Below, piece after piece: positions 11,677 through 22,720 of a DNA stretch of 38,951 nt (within the stretch, counting starts at the first letter, position 1; each line of letters begins with the position of its first letter). This stretch comes from Nemertoderma westbladi (Eukaryota > Animalia > Xenacoelomorpha). A program made the translations under genes and the position numbers. The stretch is from assembly GCA_032718475.1 (NCBI GenBank), contig JAUCBJ010007994.1, positions 1 through 38,951 on the forward strand, given 5' to 3'. Below the pieces are notes generated by a model that ran no database searches, was not told the origin of the DNA, and was given only the letters and a program-made list of their open reading frames with translations.

Positions 11677-11699
11677 CGCCCTCAGGCGGGGCAGCTAGT
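11677..11699 (+). mobile_element. Possible Helitron 3' terminus
   Basis: CGCC-CTCA-GGCG hairpin followed 6 nt later by CTAG|T. Confidence 0.25.
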
Positions 11700-11819
11700 G
11701 AAACCATTATTTTAACAATATGATTATAATTATACTTAATGAAATGTATTCCTCTTGCTATCCACATTATGTTCGCGCTTTTTTGGTTAGCGTCTCCGTG
11801 GGAGCAAAAGTCGGCAAAT

Positions 11820-11892
11820 GACTTCCAGGTTGGATCGAACTAATGACCTACAAGTAGGAAGTCTGACGCTCAAACCATTCCGATAGTGGCAC
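11820..11892 (-). pseudogene. tRNA-derived sequence (SINE head or tRNA pseudogene)
   Basis: A-box-like TATCGGAATGG and B-box AGTTCGATCC at tRNA spacing; stems degenerate. Confidence 0.55.
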
Positions 11893-12358
11893 AGATTAAA
11901 GGTAGACCTGGAAATACTACTATAATAAACCTATAATAATATGAAGCCACTCATTCAACCAAAATAACAAAGATTTATTTGAGACCGAATTAATTAACAA
12001 CGTTTCAATACCCTTACATATACCGTACATGTACCTTAGAGCCTTAACAACCATGTGGGCCTATGCTATGGGATCCTAAAGAGATGGGTAAGGACCTGGA
12101 GGAATAGAGAGTGGTAGACTTACGGAGCAGGATTACACGTTGGGAGTAAGTGTGGGGCCCAATCAGGCCTTACAGTTAAAAGCCAAGAAAGAGGGTTGCC
12201 TCCGGGTTGACTAATTTATGATATGTTTACTCATCTAGGGTTGACTAATTAATAAATTAATAGTACATTTTTGCCTAATATTAAATATTTACATTTATTA
12301 TTTATCATTTACACCGAGGCGAGATCTTTAATATTCTAATAAAAAGTACTATCCTCAC

Positions 12359-12462
12359 CTCCGCTTCCTTCTATTTGTCTCAACTATCTCAGATCCAATC
12401 ATATGGTCGTGAACTATTCTAGTACAAACGACTTTACGATGCCCAGGCCCTTTCCATGTTGG
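12359..12462 (-). CDS. Host gene, exon 2 (PTWKGPGHRKVVCTRIVHDHMIGSEIVETNRRKR)
   Basis: Acceptor ATGTTTAG|, donor GAG|GTGAGG; 104 nt, phase 0 to 2, no stop codons. Confidence 0.68.
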
Positions 12463-12751
12463 CTAAACATAATTTTTTAAATTATTATAATATAAAATTC
12501 AACCACTGACTCAATTTAAAAGCATTGGCGTAGTTAACTGCAAAAACGGCGGTGATATTACATTTATCTTGGTGAAACGGTGATTACAACTAGCTGGTAA
12601 ACGGTCGTATTAGACCTACAGTAACTGCTAAAGCTAAGATAGTAGGCCTACTGCCTACTCTCTAATATGGAAATGGCAAGATTGACATGTTAGGCCTACC
12701 GCAATATGCCGCAATAATTATATAGCTGCAGTTATTGGGATCTATTATTAC

Positions 12752-12820
12752 CTTGTATGGAGAGGAGGATTTCACCTCTGGTATTTCGAAGCTAAAATTT
12801 AACTCGGTATTAATATCCAT
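12752..12820 (-). CDS. Host gene of unknown function, first coding exon (MDINTELNFSFEIPEVKSSSPYK)
   Basis: AAAATGG start context; donor AAG|GTAATA, phase 0. Confidence 0.62.
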
Positions 12821-12939
12821 TTTCCTTCGGTTTATTTATTTTATAACTTCGTTGCTTTTAAAATGTAGAAACTTTACTAATTTCTTGCCTTAAGAGAAAG
12901 TGAAACTAACTCGCTGGATGATTCCAGAAACGTCATCAT

Positions 12940-13060
12940 TGCTCCTTCAAATTCGATAACAGCCAATCACAAACGGTTGGCAAAATCAGTGTTCAACCAT
13001 TCATCCGATCACCCTTATAATGATGTCATTGGATATATTAATAAAATAAATTGGTTTGCA
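12940..13060 (-). promoter_or_regulatory. Candidate promoter with several CCAAT boxes and a CHR-like TTTGAA
   Basis: AGCCAATCA near 12961, ATTGG near 13029 and 13050, minus-strand TTTGAA near 12946-12951, all 125-240 bp upstream of the ATG. Confidence 0.35.
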
Positions 13061-14451
13061 TTGAACTTTATTTTAGTAAGCATATAATAGGACAAACAAT
13101 AATAGGCACAAATTTATTGAAAAAGAAGAAATATATAACACGTTTATGAGTAGACATATATTAGTTATTATTATTCTTATTGTCAAAGTTGACTGTTATT
13201 GGTTGATCATAATAATGTATACCGTAGTAGTACTGTACCTACTGACATAAATAAAACGTTGTAGTACATAAGTACGTATTTACTATATACGTATTTAATT
13301 AATACACAAATTAAATTTAGTTGTTATAACAACTATATTTGCATATGGGGAACAATTCAAAACTAAATTTAAATGTTAATAAAATAAAAGCCAAAACACA
13401 AAATAAGAAGAAAACATTGCGTGTCATCGAATTACTGTTAATTGTGTATATATGTAATCTATCGCAATTATAAATCCTAAATCGTGACCCCTTCCTTACC
13501 ACAGCTTCTAAAGGGTACAGAATGTTTCATAATCGTTGCTGTCTACATATCAGCTCAATACAAGAGGGGAGGGGGAGACATAACAAATAACATCACGGTT
13601 TAGTGAGACATCATGATATATTGAGTGGGTGTTATTGTGAAACTTAAGAAAAGGACAAAATATGCTAAAAATGTGTTACCCACCACACGACCCCCGCCCC
13701 CACACACCCACCACTCCCTTTCAAACACATAAACAAATCTTTGAAACCAATTTTTTAAATAGCTTATACGCACCAAGGAAATGCACCTTCCTTATAGAAA
13801 ATAATAAAAAATGTTACCAAATTATAATATTACTAAACATAAATTGTCTCTAACTACTATTTCTACTTTCTTAAAATTTAATTTATTAAATAACTAATTT
13901 AATGCCGTATCTATTAAATACAAATCTGTCTACATCTCCTAAATTTATGGACTACTGTAGAGAGGTTTCACTGCAGTTAGCATAAGGGATTTTCGTATTC
14001 AAGTAAATCTCGATCAAAAAGTAAACGAACAAAAATTAAACGAAAATGTCAATGTCAAAAACACGGAACTGCCAAGAGAAAACAAAACTAAGCAATAATT
14101 TATCATCAAGCAATTAAAGCAGATTCATACTAATGATTTATACCATAACCGGTTTCTGGGGCTAGGCTAAACTGTAAGCCATTACCGAACTGTTATAATT
14201 GTATTAGGAACGCTTTCCAGAAGTAGTTGTGGATATATGCTTGCGGGTCAGAGGCTAGTAATTATGCCTGAGAAAGTATTGTAAAAACACAAGCGCATTT
14301 GGAGGGGGCGTCCCCCTGCTATGGTGTTTCATTGTTATGCTGTACAAAGGCGTCGTGACACATGTATCTTTGTAAGAAATCAACAATTGCAAATATGTCT
14401 TTTGATAACTACAAGAATATAATATAAATACTGAATTTATTGCAGATTTCC

Positions 14452-14578
14452 ACCGGTGTAACAGCAGATCCTGTCCCGTCAGAATCGGTACCCCTGGAAC
14501 TAGCGAACTGAATCCCCCCCCCCCCCCCCCCCCCCGTACTTAATCGGCGAGGGGGACAGATTCTGCTGTTACACCGGT
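14452..14578. mobile_element. MITE, ~127 bp
   Basis: TIRs ACCGGTGTAACAGCAGA...TCTGCTGTTACACCGGT around an internal poly-C run. Confidence 0.8.
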
Positions 14579-14736
14579 ATGGAGTCCCAGGAAACACGCA
14601 GGCCACAACTCGAAAATTTATGTAACATAACGGAGTAATATTTGGGTACTTTAATGTAAATAATTTATATATTTGACGCGTGTTACGTTAGCCACTGTCA
14701 ATCGAATTGCGAATTGTTTCCGTTTCAATATTTAGT

Positions 14737-14953
14737 TCATGGATTTTCAATAACATATATAAACTCAAACATATCCGGCAAAGGATCGGTGTCTGTGCAT
14801 TCCATAACGATCATAACAAGGCCGTCGATAGAGTCGAATTCTAGAGCGACGCCATCAGCATTGGGGTCTCCCTTGCCGTTGAATGCGAGGACCTCAGTGT
14901 CTTCTCTAACTTCGTAAATTTTAACCCCGGGGTCTTTTGGGGAAACTACAGCC
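14737..14953 (-). CDS. Probable terminal coding exon, divergent CUB-domain-like C-terminal half
   Basis: Strong acceptor TTCTTTTCATTTTCATTGCAG|; GC-richer open frame AVVSPKDPGVKIYEV...LEFDSIDGLVMIVMECT...FEFIYVIENP*. The CUB resemblance is by eye only. Confidence 0.5.
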
Positions 14954-15018
14954 CTGCAATGAAAATGAAAAGAATATATATATTTTTTTAATGTTTTAAC
15001 ATCCATAGATTGTATTTT

Positions 15019-15195
15019 TTATTAAATAATTTAAACAGGACTTAGGATGATCCTACTCTGTAGCAAATGGAGCTGACAAATGAATTCGCCACCAGCGGGG
15101 ATCGAACTCGCGTCTCCCACAGGTGGCGAATATATTTTTTCCGCTCCATTTGCTATAGAGTTGGATCATCCTGTCCTGTTTAAATTACTTAATAA
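15019..15195. repeat. ~75-bp-arm inverted repeat made of head-to-head SINE-like pieces
   Basis: TTTAAACAGGAC..GGATGATCC..GCAAATGGAGC..TTCGCCACC is mirrored; the loop has a B box (GAGTTCGATCC on minus). Confidence 0.75.
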
Positions 15196-15416
15196 CATTT
15201 TTTTTTGAAGATACACCCTTAGACCCAGGGTAAATTGAATTCTCAATATTTCAATAAAATTACGGATGTTAAATTATATACAGTGTAGTCACATTAAAGC
15301 AATAAAATTTCATACCGAGCTTACTTTTTATTTATTGACAGTACTCTCTCATATTCTAAAAGTATAATATCAAAATTATACATGAATGGGATAATTTTTG
15401 GGCTCGTTAAAGCCAA

Positions 15417-16045
15417 GGAATGCCTGTTCACCACCATGGGTGATCTTCCACAGTAAACCCTTCCACTACTGTTTCCTAAAGGAATGCCTGTTCACCACCA
15501 TGGGTGATCTTCCTCCACAGTAAACCCTTCCACTATGTTTCCTAAAGGAATGCCTGTTCACCACCATGGGTGATCTTCCTCCACAGTAAACCCTTCCACT
15601 CTGTTTCCTTAAGGAATGCCTGTTCACCACCATGGGTGATCTTCCTCCACAGTAAACCCTTCCACTCTGTTTCCTTAAGGAATGCCTGTTCACCACCATG
15701 GGTGATCTTCCACAGTAAAGCCTTCCACTCTGTTTCCTAAAGGAATCCCTGTTCACCACCATGGGTGATCTTCCTCCACAGTAAACCCTTCCACTCTGTT
15801 TCCAAAAGGAATGTCTGTTCACCACCATGGGTGATCTCCCACAGTAAACCCCTCCACTCTGTTTCCTAAAGGAATGTCTGTTCACCATCATGGGCGATCT
15901 TCCACTGTAAACCATTCAACTCTGTTTCCTAAATGAATGTCTGTTCACCATCATGGCATGGGTGGTCTTCTTCCACAGCAAACCCTTCGACTCTGTTTCC
16001 TAAAGAAATGCCTGTCCATCACCATGGGTTATCTTCCACAGTAAA
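15417..16045. repeat. Minisatellite, ~10 units of 63/66 bp
   Basis: Unit GGAATGCCTGTTCACCACCATGGGTGATCTTC(CTC)CACAGTAAACCCTTCCACTCTGTTTCCTAAA. Confidence 0.95.
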
Positions 16046-16499
16046 CAAGTTACAACGGTTCCCATTTATCGAACTGTTAAGGATGAAAGCCAAGGTTAGG
16101 CGGTTAGGTTAGGCCAAGGTTTGAGCTGTTTCGACCTACAGTCGATTGCGTTGACACGCGATATTTTTCATGGTTAGGGGTATATCACCAGAAACCCGAT
16201 GAGTTGACTTACAGTAATGTAACAAACATTTTATATACCCGTAAGTTTTTTGGTTTACCAGTGAACAGTATTTTGGAATGCGTCCACAGCGATTCCAATT
16301 AAGTATCTGCCTTACTCAATGTTAAATAAATAATTTTCTGGAACGTGAATTTTTATAAAACTAAGTGTAAAGTTTATTATCTATTTTGATCCACTTTCAA
16401 ATTTATCACACCTTTTCATTTTTTCATGCGCATTTACCACATAATGTTACAATTTTGAAACAAAATCAAATGTGTGATGTGTGCCTTTTTAAGATGTGT

Positions 16500-17495
16500 C
16501 TCAAAAAGTTATGGGCTTTCAACCATGCTTATAAAATTATACACTGGCTGGTCCGCACGGCGAAAGCAATGTCCTACAAAGCGGAGGCGACTCCGTTCAA
16601 GTGTCAAGCTAGGGGAGACTAATGGAACACCTCCAATGTTGTATAGTGTCTGATTGGAGATGTGTTGATTGTACTTGACACAATGAACCCGGCGTAGCAT
16701 TCTTGTGAAAGTTCCATCCGAGATTTGCTATCCTCTGCAGTTAGAGCCCAGCATGGATTCCCATGTAAGAGTACTGGACGGGTACTACATAGCTGCCCTA
16801 AATAATCGAATTTTGAGATTTCGTTTTATTCTATGGAACTTACAAATCGTGACAGACCCTATAAATGCTGCCCTTTACGTATCTCAAGGTCTTCAACTGA
16901 CTTTCTGATCCATGATCCCAAATTTCAGAAGTCAACCACGTGCTCAAGCAAGCCTTCCCTGGAGCTTATGCCCTTACAATCTGAAATTTATTGGTGGCTG
17001 TCAAATTTCACTGTCAAGTTCACTGCCGTTAGTCAAAACTGCCGAATTGTAACAATTAATTATATTTATTTACATTATAATTCTTATGTAAATATTAATA
17101 TTAATTTTATGATAAATATATGGTAAAAATAAGGATTATAAAGTTCACTGTCAAAATTTTGGTCTTTCTGGAGTTAATAAAAAGACCAACACTAGAAGCA
17201 GCCAGTTCTAATGAGCTGAGGAGCCGTTGGGCTCCCTCTAGTGATTCTGAGAGTACTCATAAGTCATCAGCAAAGTCTAGATCAGTTAGGTACTTGGCGG
17301 GATTTCCTCGACTTCTGGAGCCAGTAGGTGGAGTTACTATCACTCCATCATCATTAAGAACATAGAACGTAGAACATAGTCAAACACAATTACAAAAAAG
17401 AATGGTGCAAGTGACTGTCTCCTTGGAGGACTCCCCATAACAATACGAATGGATCAGTGTCACCATTAACAGTAGACACAAATATCGGAGAACCT
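16500..17495 (-). mobile_element. Degenerate RTE-clade RT fragment, interrupted by an AT-rich insertion (~16990-17160)
   Basis: WGVLQGD, YLTDLDFADDL, IRLFRAA and MLRRV...RSRLRFVGHC, with stops and frameshifts. Confidence 0.88.
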
Positions 17496-18184
17496 AGAAA
17501 GCCTGCGTTTCAAGGATAAAAAAAATATGTAACAACATCTGAATTTCGTTGAGAAACAGCTGAGATATAAATAGGCGTTCAAATATTGCAAGAATTGTTG
17601 TTCGCTGTAGACAGTTTATTCTATTTAATAAATACACAATGTTTTGGAACATTTTGTTTAAGTATGAACAGACGCAGAGATTTTGTTCCGTAGTTGCCCA
17701 CTTATTCATGAAATAAGTAAAACGTTATATAATTATGCGTATTTCTTAAAAATAATAAATGGCGAACGTCAATTCTTGTAATATTTGAAGGCATATATCT
17801 TAGCTGTATATGAATATATCAAGAGTCTAAAAACAGGATCCCAGATTTTTGTGACTAAAGAAATATGACCGCCGATGTTTTTAATTCGTGGTTAACTTAA
17901 TAATTTATGGATGATAAAACGGCAATTATTTGTTTGTTCGTCCGTTCGTTTGTTTAACTTAATAACATGAATACAATATTAATTTCGTATTACTTATAAC
18001 AATGTTACTACTGTAGTATCAAATTGTAGCTATACGTTCAAAAATAACTGAAATAAACATTTACAGTTGAGAGTTAACATTTTAATTACATAAACTGATT
18101 TAAACAAAGTTAATTGTTTGTTAATGTAATAGGGCTATTTTCTGCAGAGTTGATGTCTTTCGCTACTCAATTAAGTTTCGGGTG

Positions 18185-18799
18185 GGCATTGGTACAACTT
18201 GGATACTCATTGGCCAGGTTTTTTTTATAATAGCTAGTTCTTGCTATTTTTTAAATGTAATAATAGAAGATGTGCTAGCTATCTATTTTGATAAATATTT
18301 TTGTTCTAAAACACATTTTTTTGTTCTAGAACACATTTTTTAATTTTTATACTACCTAGTTTTTTTCAACTTTTTTTTATAAATATTATAGGCCTAGAAC
18401 ACGTGTTAGCTATCACTTTTGATAAATATTTTTGTTCTAGAACACTTTTTTTGTTCTAGAACACTTTTTTGAAAAAAAAGATAATAGTACAAGAATCATC
18501 ATACAACCCTTATTTAAAAAAAAATCGTCGTTTTAAATGATTAGACCTTTTAGAAACGGCAGAATTTTGAATCTAGAACTTATAACACAAAAACTCACAG
18601 TTGTGTTTGATGTTCTAAATAAGTTATATTTTTTTAATATCTTATAAAAAGTACTAGCTAACACAAAATCAAAATTACTAGCTACCATCTTACTTACAGA
18701 AGGTCTAATATTTGTTATAGAAAAAAAACCTCATGATAATAGCCGAATTCATATGAAAAAAGTTGGTCAAACTATGGGTACCCAAGGTGTACCAATGCC
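18185..18799. mobile_element. 615-bp MITE with 9-bp TSD (Mutator- or Merlin-type)
   Basis: ~26-bp imperfect TIRs GGCATTGGTACA...TGTACCAATGCC; TSD TTTCGGGTG / TTTCGGGTT; the empty site is visible in the paralogous arm near 23475. Confidence 0.9.
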
Positions 18800-18816
18800 T
18801 TTCGGGTTTTTCTGAT

Positions 18817-19251
18817 TCATTCAGGGGGAGGGGGTCCTTCCATCTCTCCCATCCCTCCCATCCCTTTTGGCGCCATCACCATCCCTTCTTGTTGTTGTTC
18901 TAGTTCCATTCGTCTACGCCGATTACTCCTGCCATACATACAACATCCGACGCAACATCCGATACAACTCAACACAGAAATCACCAACACCACTATAATC
19001 ACTATGGAATAAGTTTTGACGGTGTCGTAAACCTCTTCGCATTCCTCGTATGTTAAACATTTATCCTCAGTACAACAACCAATGCATACATCTTCTCTGC
19101 ATTCTTCGCATATTTTTTTATTAGTGTTGCAACCCGTAATTGCCGTAGAAGTTACAGTAGTAGTAGTATTTGCATTGCCATCTAGTGCGGAAACTACCAC
19201 AACATATGCTGACAAAAATACATTTAATATCAATAAAGTGGATTTTAACAT
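18817..19251 (-). CDS. Small Cys-rich type I membrane protein, copy A (144 aa; tail PPPPE, no PY motif)
   Basis: Signal peptide, Thr-rich linker, 8-Cys ectodomain, TM helix, juxtamembrane CIGCCVGCC, basic stop-transfer RRRR. Near-identical to 23047-23466. Confidence 0.82.
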   Translation of the reverse strand: MLKSTLLILNVFLSAYVVVVSALDGNANTTTTVTSTAITGCNTNKKICEECREDVCIGCCTEDKCLTYEECEEVYDTVKTYSIVIIVVLVISVLSCIGCCVGCCMYGRSNRRRRMELEQQQEGMVMAPKGMGGMGEMEGPPPPE

Positions 19252-19548
19252 AATCACTTTTCCGTCATCTATTTCCTTGTGTGATCTACGTGTTTGATCT
19301 ACAGTAGCACAAATTTCATAGAAAACAAATATTACGCCACTAGTACAACGATGGGGTTGGAACAATAATAATACCTCACTCTATCTCTACCATTTTTTAA
19401 AACAATTACATACCGGTAAATAACGTGTTCTAGAACAATCAATACTCCCAAAGTAAAAAATCGCAAAATGGTGACAAAAAGTCATACTAAAACATGTAAG
19501 CATTAATTTTTATTTATAATACACTATTAGTTGAAACAGAGTTTTATT

Positions 19549-21506
19549 CTCAGATAAATGCAGAACTGGTGCAAAGGAATACGGAACTGGTGCAAAGGAA
19601 TACGGAACTGGTGCAAAGGAATACGGAACTGGTGCAAAGGAATTGGAGAGCAATAGGGAACAGTGGAGAGGAATACGGAACAGTAGTGGAGAGCAATAGG
19701 GAACAGTGCAAATAAATACGGAACTGGTGCAAAGGAATTGGAGAGCAATAGGGAACAGTGGAGAGGAATACGGAACAGTAGTGGAGAGCAATAGGGAACA
19801 GTGCAAATAAATACGGAACTGGTGCAAAGGAATGCGGAACTGGTGCAGAGGAATACGGAACTGATGCAAAGGAATACGGAACTAGTACAAAGGAATGCGG
19901 AACTGGTGCAAAGGAATACGGAACTGGTTCAAAGGAATACGGAACTGGTGCAAAGGAATACGGAACAGTGGAGAGGAATACGGAACAGTAGTGGAGAGCA
20001 ATAGGGAACAGTGTAAATAAATACGGAACTGGTGCAAAGGAATTGGAGAGCAATAGGGAACAGTGGATAGGAATACGGAACAGTAGTGGACAGCAATAGG
20101 GAACAGTGCAAATAAATACGGAACTCGTGCAAAGGAATGCGGAACTGGTGCAGAGGAATACGGAACTGATGCAAAGGAATACGGAACTAGTACAAAGGAA
20201 TACGGAACTGGTTCAAAGGAATACGGAACTGGTGCAAAGGAATACGGAAATGGTGCAAAGGATAAGGAATACGGAACTGGCGCAAAGGAATACGGAACTG
20301 GTGCAAAGGAATATGGAACTGGTGCAAAGGAATACGGAACTGGTGCAAAGGAATACGGAAATGGTGCAAAGGAATACGGAAATGGTGCAAAGGATAAGGA
20401 ATACGGAACTGGCGCAAAGGAATACGGAACTGGTGCAAAGGAATATGGAACTGGCGCAAAGGAATACGGAACTGGTGCAAAGGAATATGGAACTGGTGCA
20501 AAGGAATACGGAACTGGTGCAAAGGAATACGGAACTGGTGCAGAGGAATACGGAACTGATGCAAAGGAATACGGAACTAGTACAAAGGAATACGGAACTG
20601 GTTCAAAGGAATACGGAACTGGTGCAAAGGAATACGGAACTGGTTCAAAGGAATACGGAACTGGTGCAAAGGAATACGGAACTGTGTGCAAAGGAATACG
20701 GAACATGGTGCAAAGTAAATACGGAACTGGTGCAAAGGAATACGGAACTGGTGCAAAGGAATACGGAACATGGTGCAAAGTAGAATACGGAACTGGTGCA
20801 GAGGAATACGGAACTGGTGCAAAGGAATACGGAACTGATGCAAAGGAATACGGAACTAGTTCAAAGGAATACGGAATTGGTGCAAAGGAATACGGAACTG
20901 GTTCAAAGGAATACGGAACTGGTGCAAAGGAATACGGAAATGGTGCAAAGGATAAGGAATACGGAACTGGTGCAGAGGAATACGGAACTGATGCAAAGGA
21001 ATACGGAACTAGTTCAAAGGAATACGGAATTGGTGCAAAGGAATACGGAACTGGTTCAAAGGAATACGGAACTGGTGCAAAGGAATACGGAAATGGTGCA
21101 AAGGATAAGGAATACGGAACTGGTGCAAAGGAATACGGAACTGGTGCAAAGGAATACGGAAATGGTGCAAAGGATAAGGAATACGGAACTGGTGCAAAGG
21201 AATTGGAGAGCAATAGGGAACAGTGGATAGGAATACGGAACAGTAGTGGATAGCAATAGGGAACAGTGCAAATAAATACGGAACTGGTGCAAAGGAATAC
21301 GGAACTGGTGCAAAGGAATACCGAACTGGTGCAAAGGAATACGGAACTGATGCAAAGCAATACGGAAGTGGTGCAAAGGAATACGGAACTGGTGCAGAGG
21401 AATACGGAACTGGTGCAAAGGAATACGGAACTGGTGGAGAGGAATACGGAACTGGTGGAGAGGAATACGGAACAGTGGAAAGGAATACGGAACAGTGGAG
21501 AGGAAT
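19549..21506. repeat. 21-bp satellite array (GGAATACGGAACTGGTGCAAA) with variant and higher-order units
   Basis: ~1.95 kb of tandem copies. The unit has no stop codon in any of the six frames, which explains the stacked ORFs. Confidence 0.97.
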
Positions 21507-21886
21507 GTTTTCTTTTCTTTTCTTTGTTGACTTCTTCAAGGCCTTTGATTCAGTCTCTCGCTCGCGTATGTTCAGCATACTTTCATTATATGGGATTCCT
21601 GATGAAATTATTGCAGCAATCATACGAAGGTTCGACAACATTTGTATCTACTGTTGATGGTGACACAGAACCATTTGAAATGTTATGGGGCGTCCACCAG
21701 GGAGACGCGCTTGCGCCATTCTTATTCATAATTGTGGTTGACTAATGTTCTACGCATGTCCTTAGATCATCATAATGATGATGGGGTGATGGTAACTCCA
21801 CCTACTGGCTCCAGAAGTCGAGGAAATCCTGCCAAGTACCTAACTGATCTAGACTTTGCTGATGACTTAGGAGTACTCTCAGAATC
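21507..21886 (+). mobile_element. RTE-clade RT fragment (same family as 16500-17495)
   Basis: FVDFFKAFDSVSR, YGIPDEII, GVHQGDALAPFLF, DLDFADDL; frameshifted. Confidence 0.92.
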
Positions 21887-21934
21887 TCTCCACCATTTCC
21901 GTATTCCTTTGCACCAGTTCCGCATTTATCTGAG

Positions 21935-22720
21935 CTTTACGGAGTAGCAGAGTGGTCTACAGTTTCTCGTCTACCGCTAGAGGGCGAATTGTCTGATTGT
22001 GAAAACCTGATCTCATTTGGATATTTCTTATCCTTTCGAGCTGAAACTTGGTAGGTTTCAATTACAGCGTAGGTTCAACCTTTACGGCGTCATGAGTCGT
22101 CTACAGTTCCCCAGTGTTCCGCTAGAGGGCGAAATGTCTGAAAATGAACTCTGTAATTTACAATCCGTTTAGACTGAAACTTGGTAGGTATCTACTACAG
22201 CATAGGCTATATCTTTAGCGAGTCGCAGAGTCGTCTACAGTTCTCCAGTCTACCACTAGAGGTCGAAATATCTGAAAGTGAACATAGAGTATCTACACAA
22301 ATTTTGTTATTTTCAATGTGTTTATAAGCTGAAACTTGACAAGCAGGCATCTTAGTTCACCATAAATTCCATCTTTACAGGACTGCAGCGCCGTCTGCAT
22401 TTCAGCAGTCTGCAGGTAGAGGGTGAAATGACTGAAAGCGAACATTTTATCGAAATGTTGTTATTTACAATCCGTTAAAAGTTAGAACTTAACAGTTATC
22501 TCCTATTGAGGCGTTGTTTTATTTTATGATGGTATATCTCTGTTCAGTATGCAGTTCTCCAATCTGCGACACATTTCTCCAAACAGTTATCTCCTATTGA
22601 GGCGTTGTTTTATTTTATGATGGTATATCTCTGTTCAGTATGCAGTTCTCCAATCTGCGACACATTTCTCCACACATATTCATATTCCATCTGCTCGAGA
22701 ACTAGAAAGTAACTTTCTCG
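21935..22720 (+). mobile_element. Helentron/DINE-like non-autonomous element with ~135-160-bp internal units
   Basis: Recurrent CTGAAACTTGGTAGG...GTCTACAGTT...CCGCTAGAGGGCG units; perfect 91-bp tandem duplication at 22491-22672. Confidence 0.5.

Larger units (their letters stand above)
19549..21934. mobile_element. Foldback-like element: TIRs built from the 21-mer, enclosing an RTE fragment
   Basis: Left end CTCAGATAAATGCAGAACTGGTGCAAAGGAATACGGAA matches the reverse complement of ~21890-21934. No TSD found. Confidence 0.65.

Noticed and set aside
11820-11892. Functional tRNA gene
   Set aside because: Acceptor and anticodon stems do not pair cleanly; treated as a tRNA-derived repeat.
12359-12390. 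ETNRRK resemblance to the basic motif of kinetochore protein Dsn1
   Set aside because: A six-residue match from memory is not enough to assign a gene symbol.
13317-13502. Signal-peptide-like short ORF (MTRNVFFLFCVLAFILL)
   Set aside because: Hydrophobicity is explained by T-rich sequence, and there is no convincing splice donor.
19510-21745. Many overlapping long ORFs (FAPVPYS, NTELVQR, EYGTGAK, LHQFRIP repeats)
   Set aside because: Artefact of a 21-bp unit with no stop codon in any frame.
19549-21890. RT next to a repeat array as a retron, DGR or telomerase-like system
   Set aside because: The RT is a short, frameshifted RTE LINE fragment with another decayed copy at 16500-17495; it cannot encode an active enzyme.
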